DNA of 64,000 bases from an uncultured Candidatus Saccharibacteria bacterium (GTDB lineage Bacteria > Patescibacteriota > Minisyncoccia > Phycocordibacterales > PALSA-1337): contig CAYOTK010000006.1 in the NCBI GenBank assembly GCA_964406895.1, positions 557-64,556 on the forward strand. Reading direction: 5' to 3'. The notes below the pieces were generated by a model, which worked only from the letters and a program-made list of their open reading frames with translations, searched no databases and was not told the origin of the DNA. Below are positions 59,797 to 64,000 of this stretch, piece after piece. Every line of letters begins with the position of its first letter. Position 1 is the stretch's first letter. The translations under genes were made by a program, and so were the position numbers.

Positions 59797-59829
59797 TAAA
59801 GATTTTCTAAAGATTAAATAAAGATTTTA
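59797..59829. promoter_or_regulatory. 3 x 11-bp tandem array upstream of comEC
   Basis: taaagattttc taaagattaaa taaagatttta. Confidence 0.65.
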
Positions 59830-60573
59830 TGAATTTCGAGGTCGGACCTTTTGGAGGTCGGACCTCAAAAAATCTTCTTCTGCTTGATTGAGCGCCTTCT
59901 TATACCTGGCACCTTTCACACCCTTTACTCTCGCTTCGCAGTCCGCCCAACTTCTGTGAACTTTAACAACATTGTTAACACAACTTACATATGAATAGGC
60001 CTTAGCTTTTGATCTAGAATTCGAATCTGATTTCCTTTTATTTGCATTTTCATCCAAAGAAACATTTAGAATATTTGGTATTGAGTAGTTCTGAATCGAC
60101 CCTGAATATAATGCAACCGGATTGCCATCAGCAAACGATGTAGCAATAATATCGCAACGTTCATTGCCTAATATTCCCACATGACCTCCTATGTATTTCC
60201 ATGTAATATTCATATTGCCCGCAATCATATCAAGTTCTTCCCATAGATCCCTGTTTGAAACATCATCTTTTGTTTTTGTTTTCCAACCATTTCTTTTCCA
60301 GCCTTTTATCCATTTAGTAAATCCGTCCAAAAGATATTTGGAGTCTGTAAATATAGTTATATCTTCTTTATTTGAAACTTCATCGATACTTTTTAGGGCT
60401 TCTATTGCAGCCATGATTTCCATGCGATTATTCGTAGTATCAGCAACAAAACCACCGATTTCTCTTATAGAGGTCGGACCTTTTGGAGGTCGGACCTCGA
60501 TAACGACTGCTCCCCACCCACCATTGCCAGGATTACCTCTAGAGGATCCGTCTGTAAATATTGTTATTCCCAT
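59827..60573 (-). CDS. rnhA: ribonuclease HI with C-terminal hybrid-binding (Cauli_VI-like) domain
   Basis: FTDGSSRGNPG.GGWG, TNNRME, TDS.Y and GH....GNE.CD motifs; C-terminal SWADCEARVKG..GA.YKK. Confidence 0.93.
   Translation of the reverse strand: MGITIFTDGSSRGNPGNGGWGAVVIEVRPPKGPTSIREIGGFVADTTNNRMEIMAAIEALKSIDEVSNKEDITIFTDSKYLLDGFTKWIKGWKRNGWKTKTKDDVSNRDLWEELDMIAGNMNITWKYIGGHVGILGNERCDIIATSFADGNPVALYSGSIQNYSIPNILNVSLDENANKRKSDSNSRSKAKAYSYVSCVNNVVKVHRSWADCEARVKGVKGARYKKALNQAEEDFLRSDLQKVRPRNS
59838..60498. repeat. 29-bp REP-like repeat GAGGTCGGACCTTTTGGAGGTCGGACCTC, two copies inside rnhA (59838-59866, 60470-60498)
   Basis: Identical copies, each built of two GAGGTCGGACCT(C) palindromic units. 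Confidence 0.9.
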
Positions 60574-60577
60574 AGTT

Positions 60578-62314
60578 CTAAATATTATCACAAATATCTT
60601 CTACTCGTAGCCTCAGCTCTATTTTATTTCTATAGAATGATTTTTCAATAGATGCGACTAGATTTATCTTTTCATTCTCTTTTATATTGCACAGTCTACT
60701 ATTTTCCACACCAAAGAAAGAAATCGCTGATATTTTCTGCCCATTACCTTTATCAAAAACAAATTCTAAATGATTGTTTGTCTTGCCGAATCTCCTAACT
60801 TGGATAGGAATAATATTCTGGAAAAGAAAAAGTGGTTTTGGATTACCCATACCAAACGGTGAAAGACTCATAATATCATTAATGAAATCATTGTTTATAT
60901 CTTTGAGTGATAAAATAGCATCTATCATATCAACATTATCATTACAAACTTCTTTGTTTGCATTTACCTTGCAACATGCATCATTGATTCTCTGTTCCAA
61001 TTGAAATACATCTTCATTACTAACCACAAAACCTCCTGAATGTTTGTGACCACCATATTGTACGAAAGTGTCCATGTGCGATTCTTTCATGACTTCTACT
61101 ATGTTTGTTGTGCCTTCAGATCTACATGAACCTTTTATTGTATTGTCTCCATCTCTTCCCCAGAGGAAAACCGGCCTGTTGAATTCTTCAGCACAACTAT
61201 TAGCCACAAGTCCGAGCAAAGAAGGTCTCCATTCAGGGTTTCCAAGCACTATTGCATAAGGCAAACTTGTCTTATCCTTGCCATATCGATCGTGAATTAT
61301 CTTTTTTACTTCTTTGACCAATGAAGCGACCACACCCTTTCTTTCGTTATTTATATGTTCCAGTTTTTCCAAATATTCATGTGCCTCATCTTCATTCTCT
61401 GCAGAAAGCAGATTGAATGCATCCATGGGTGCGCCCATTCTGGAGGCGGCATTTATTCTTGGGGTAATCATGAAAGAAACATCATCTTCACTCAAATTCT
61501 TTTGTGAAATATTCAATTTCGAAAACAACTTTAGCAATCCCTTCCTAGGACTTTTCCGTAAAACCATAAGGCCGTAGTTCGCGAAAACTCTATTTTCACC
61601 CAATAAAGGCACCATATCTGACAATGTAGCGATGCCGACCATATCTAAAAGCCATTTTTCTTGTCCCTCCTTCATTCCCAATCTTTCTTTGGCGAGAATC
61701 CCCTGTATTAACTTGAAAACCACACCCGATCCACAAAGATTCTTATCAGGATAATTACAATCAACTTGCTTATGATCTACGATTGCATACGCTTCCGGCA
61801 AAACTTGTGGCGCTTCGTGATGATCAGTAATGATAACTTCCATGCCTAGCTCATTTGCCTTATCAACCGCTTTCTTATCAGCAATACCACAATCTGCTGT
61901 TATGATAAGTTTCACCCCCTGCTCTGCGATAGTGCTGACAGCTTCTTCATTCAGGCCAAAACCTTCATTGTGTCGATGAGGAATATAGATTATAAAGTTC
62001 TCATAATTTATCTTTTTGAAAAAATCCTTGAATATAACCGCCGCCGGTATTCCGTCCGCATCATAATCTGTATATACTGCTATCTTCTCATTGTTTTTTA
62101 TGGCATGAATGATTCTGTCTACGGCTTTTCCCATATCCTTGAATAGAAACGGATCATGCATATCTCTTTCGTAATCAGGTTCCTTGAATATACGCGCCGT
62201 TTCATTATCTTTTATACCTCTATGAAATAAAATATGAGAGATTATGTCATTGTGTTCACTTAGCTTGTTTCTTTCCTCAGCATTGAGTTGTCTGTGTATT
62301 TTGTATTTCTGCAT
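60578..62314 (-). CDS. recJ: single-stranded-DNA exonuclease RecJ
   Basis: DYDADG, TADCG, TDHH, PRINA..R, GS.RS and GGH motifs; start at ATG 62314. Confidence 0.96.
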   Translation of the reverse strand: MQKYKIHRQLNAEERNKLSEHNDIISHILFHRGIKDNETARIFKEPDYERDMHDPFLFKDMGKAVDRIIHAIKNNEKIAVYTDYDADGIPAAVIFKDFFKKINYENFIIYIPHRHNEGFGLNEEAVSTIAEQGVKLIITADCGIADKKAVDKANELGMEVIITDHHEAPQVLPEAYAIVDHKQVDCNYPDKNLCGSGVVFKLIQGILAKERLGMKEGQEKWLLDMVGIATLSDMVPLLGENRVFANYGLMVLRKSPRKGLLKLFSKLNISQKNLSEDDVSFMITPRINAASRMGAPMDAFNLLSAENEDEAHEYLEKLEHINNERKGVVASLVKEVKKIIHDRYGKDKTSLPYAIVLGNPEWRPSLLGLVANSCAEEFNRPVFLWGRDGDNTIKGSCRSEGTTNIVEVMKESHMDTFVQYGGHKHSGGFVVSNEDVFQLEQRINDACCKVNANKEVCNDNVDMIDAILSLKDINNDFINDIMSLSPFGMGNPKPLFLFQNIIPIQVRRFGKTNNHLEFVFDKGNGQKISAISFFGVENSRLCNIKENEKINLVASIEKSFYRNKIELRLRVEDICDNI

Positions 62315-62347
62315 GTGATAGGAGTATAACAGAAAACATACGAGTAA

Positions 62348-62374
62348 GGGCGGGGTGACTTCGTCACCCCGCCC
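62348..62374 (-). terminator. GC-rich hairpin after the 82-aa ORF
   Basis: GGGCGGGGTGAC/GTCACCCCGCCC stem. Confidence 0.7.
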
Positions 62375-62379
62375 AAAAG

Positions 62380-62628
62380 CTATCTCCTTTTCCACTCGCG
62401 TTCCTTCCATGTCACCGTGCCGTCTGCACGGACGATGAATGGGGAACTCTTAGTTGAAAGTGCGATTCGCAGGAAGTCCGTTCGGATGATTATCTCACTT
62501 CCGACCGTCTTCTGCAGGAGGTTTTGGAGAAACCCAAGGGTTGGTGGCACATTTTCGGCTTTCTCCAATTCCGAAAGCGCCACTTCCGTAAGTTCCCTCA
62601 AAACTAGGGAGTAATTGATATTTTTCAT
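62380..62628 (-). CDS. hypothetical protein (82 aa)
   Basis: ATG ORF followed directly by a strong hairpin. Confidence 0.55.
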   Translation of the reverse strand: MKNINYSLVLRELTEVALSELEKAENVPPTLGFLQNLLQKTVGSEIIIRTDFLRIALSTKSSPFIVRADGTVTWKEREWKRR

Positions 62629-62735
62629 CGTTCTAAGTTCACATACATATTGACATCAAAACTACTCCATGTCAACCGTCCGTTATGTTTCAATGCCTTT
62701 GCAACACCTGTCACTTTTTAGTATTGAAATGACAA

Positions 62736-62770
62736 CAAAAAGGCCGGAGCGCGCACGCACGCTCCGGTTT
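62736..62770 (-). terminator. intrinsic terminator after the Clp_N-like gene
   Basis: GCCGGAGCG/CGCTCCGGT stem followed by a T tract on the minus strand. Confidence 0.7.
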
Positions 62771-62808
62771 GAAATTGGCGACACCCGAGGGTGTCTCGGA
62801 AAACAGAC

Positions 62809-63834
62809 CTACATACCATGCATACTCAGAGGGGTTGAGGTCGTATCCTGACCCACTCCGCCGTCACCGGCATTCAGATAGTCAATCGGCGGTCCCATCT
62901 TTCTGACCGGTTCTCCGCCGTTGAGAACCTGAAGAAGGGTGCCGATGATCCTCGCTTCGCTGAGCGGTCCATCTTCAGCAGTATCCAAGATCGAATCGTA
63001 GTGTTCTTGAATCGTCTGGACTGAAACGCACGGCTCAGCCAGACGCCTGATGAGGCCGGCATACCTGACGGCATCGTCAAGTCCCAACAATCGCAGTACA
63101 CAGGCCAGTTGACCCTGATTGAAAGCGAGCGCCTGCGGCGCCTGCGCTTCCAAGGCCACCACAAGCAGGTCTCTTACTGTCGGTCCCAACCCACGAGGAT
63201 TATTGTGGGCGAGATCAAGCAACAGGCCCTTGAACTGCGCAACCGTAACCAACGGCGGCGCCGGATCTTCCCTCTGCGGTTTCGGCGGCAGGACCACCAT
63301 CTGTTGCGCAGCCAGGGACGCAGGAATCTGAAGATCGTCGGTGTACGCGAGTTCTTTGTGACGCGGGGCAATGTCATTCGCCAGCCGTATGATTGTCTGG
63401 ATAGTTCTTTCATCACTAGACGCCCTTTTGATCGCAGCCGTAACCGCAGGCGCGTGATTAGCCAACACCGTTAACAAATGACCGGTGTCGATCTTCGAAC
63501 GACCTGAGGCATGTGCTTCCCGTTCGACCGAGTCCATAAGCACCCTCATCGTATCGGACAGGTCATCGCTGGAAACGTTGCAATCACGGATGAGCCAATC
63601 CGTCATACCATGAGATATGCGGAGCGGATCTACGAGGTGCAATTCTTCAAGGACGCTGAAAGCCACTGTAAGACGGATCGACAGCAGCCCCCGAAACACA
63701 TCGTCAGATTCGACGCGTCCAGCACCACCCCACTGAGCATGACCCTTCGCCCACCTCAAAACCCGCAAGGAGGCAGCTGTGAACGTTCTATCACTTATTT
63801 CAAACGGCATAGTTTTACCTTTCCCTTCAATCAA
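62809..63834 (-). CDS. protein with N-terminal Clp_N-like repeats and no AAA+ domain
   Basis: FT.A..RVL..A...A...G...V...D...GLL and LS....L......EA...G...I.TGHLL repeats. Confidence 0.65.
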   Translation of the reverse strand: MIEGKGKTMPFEISDRTFTAASLRVLRWAKGHAQWGGAGRVESDDVFRGLLSIRLTVAFSVLEELHLVDPLRISHGMTDWLIRDCNVSSDDLSDTMRVLMDSVEREAHASGRSKIDTGHLLTVLANHAPAVTAAIKRASSDERTIQTIIRLANDIAPRHKELAYTDDLQIPASLAAQQMVVLPPKPQREDPAPPLVTVAQFKGLLLDLAHNNPRGLGPTVRDLLVVALEAQAPQALAFNQGQLACVLRLLGLDDAVRYAGLIRRLAEPCVSVQTIQEHYDSILDTAEDGPLSEARIIGTLLQVLNGGEPVRKMGPPIDYLNAGDGGVGQDTTSTPLSMHGM

Positions 63835-63928
63835 CCCTCATTGGCTGATCGAGTTTGTCACAGATTACAATGAAGAATATGCCGATGTCAATATTCCGCG
63901 CCCCACCTTTACCTCATATAATACATCC

Positions 63929-64000
63929 ATGGACTGCATTTTTTGCAAAATTGTTAAGAAGGAAATTCCTGCTCATATAGTCTATGAAGACACAAACTTT
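63929..64000 (+). CDS. HIT family protein, N-terminus (truncated by window end)
   Basis: MDCIFCKIVKKEIPAHIVYED. Confidence 0.85.
   Translation, partial: MDCIFCKIVKKEIPAHIVYEDTNF

Noticed and set aside
62315-62410. Upstream start for recJ at 62410
   Set aside because: It would run through the terminator hairpin and overlap the 82-aa ORF; ATG 62314 has a TGnTATACT box.
1-64000. Prophage, intact IS element, retron or DGR
   Set aside because: No integrase, transposase, reverse transcriptase or phage structural gene is recognisable among the ORFs.

Overview
This is a 64-kb, AT-rich, genetic-code-11 stretch of a bacterial chromosome. It most resembles Patescibacteria/CPR (Parcubacteria-like), inferred from the missing rpmD (L30) between rpsE and rplO, extended r-proteins, a DUF5671-like protein and many orphan surface proteins. 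The backbone is the str-S10-spc ribosomal protein supercluster on the minus strand (rpsL to secY-adk-map-ndk). It is broken at six junctions by inserted genes, and each downstream fragment has its own sigma70-like promoter. Also present: recG, ftsH, smpB next to tmRNA, infC-rpmI-rplT, a Pmt plus polyprenol-P-mannose synthase pair, a MacAB-like transporter, a Pif1-like helicase, a split ComEC, rnhA, recJ, a partial tRNA-Ser and a tRNA-Ile with a UAU anticodon. Most notable: (1) a split competence locus in which ComEC ends in a BECR-like nuclease domain, its MBL partner lacks metal ligands, and both genes have an 11-bp-period repeat array starting exactly 24 nt upstream of the ATG; (2) one small 5' hairpin (AGCTCG-NNN-GAGC) shared by three internal S10-operon promoters; (3) two unannotated ncRNA candidates flanked by promoter and terminator; (4) an EF-Tu with a Planctomycetes-like switch I; (5) a tandem cassette array at the tmRNA 3' end; (6) a family of long imperfect palindromes. 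All calls were made by eye with no database searches.
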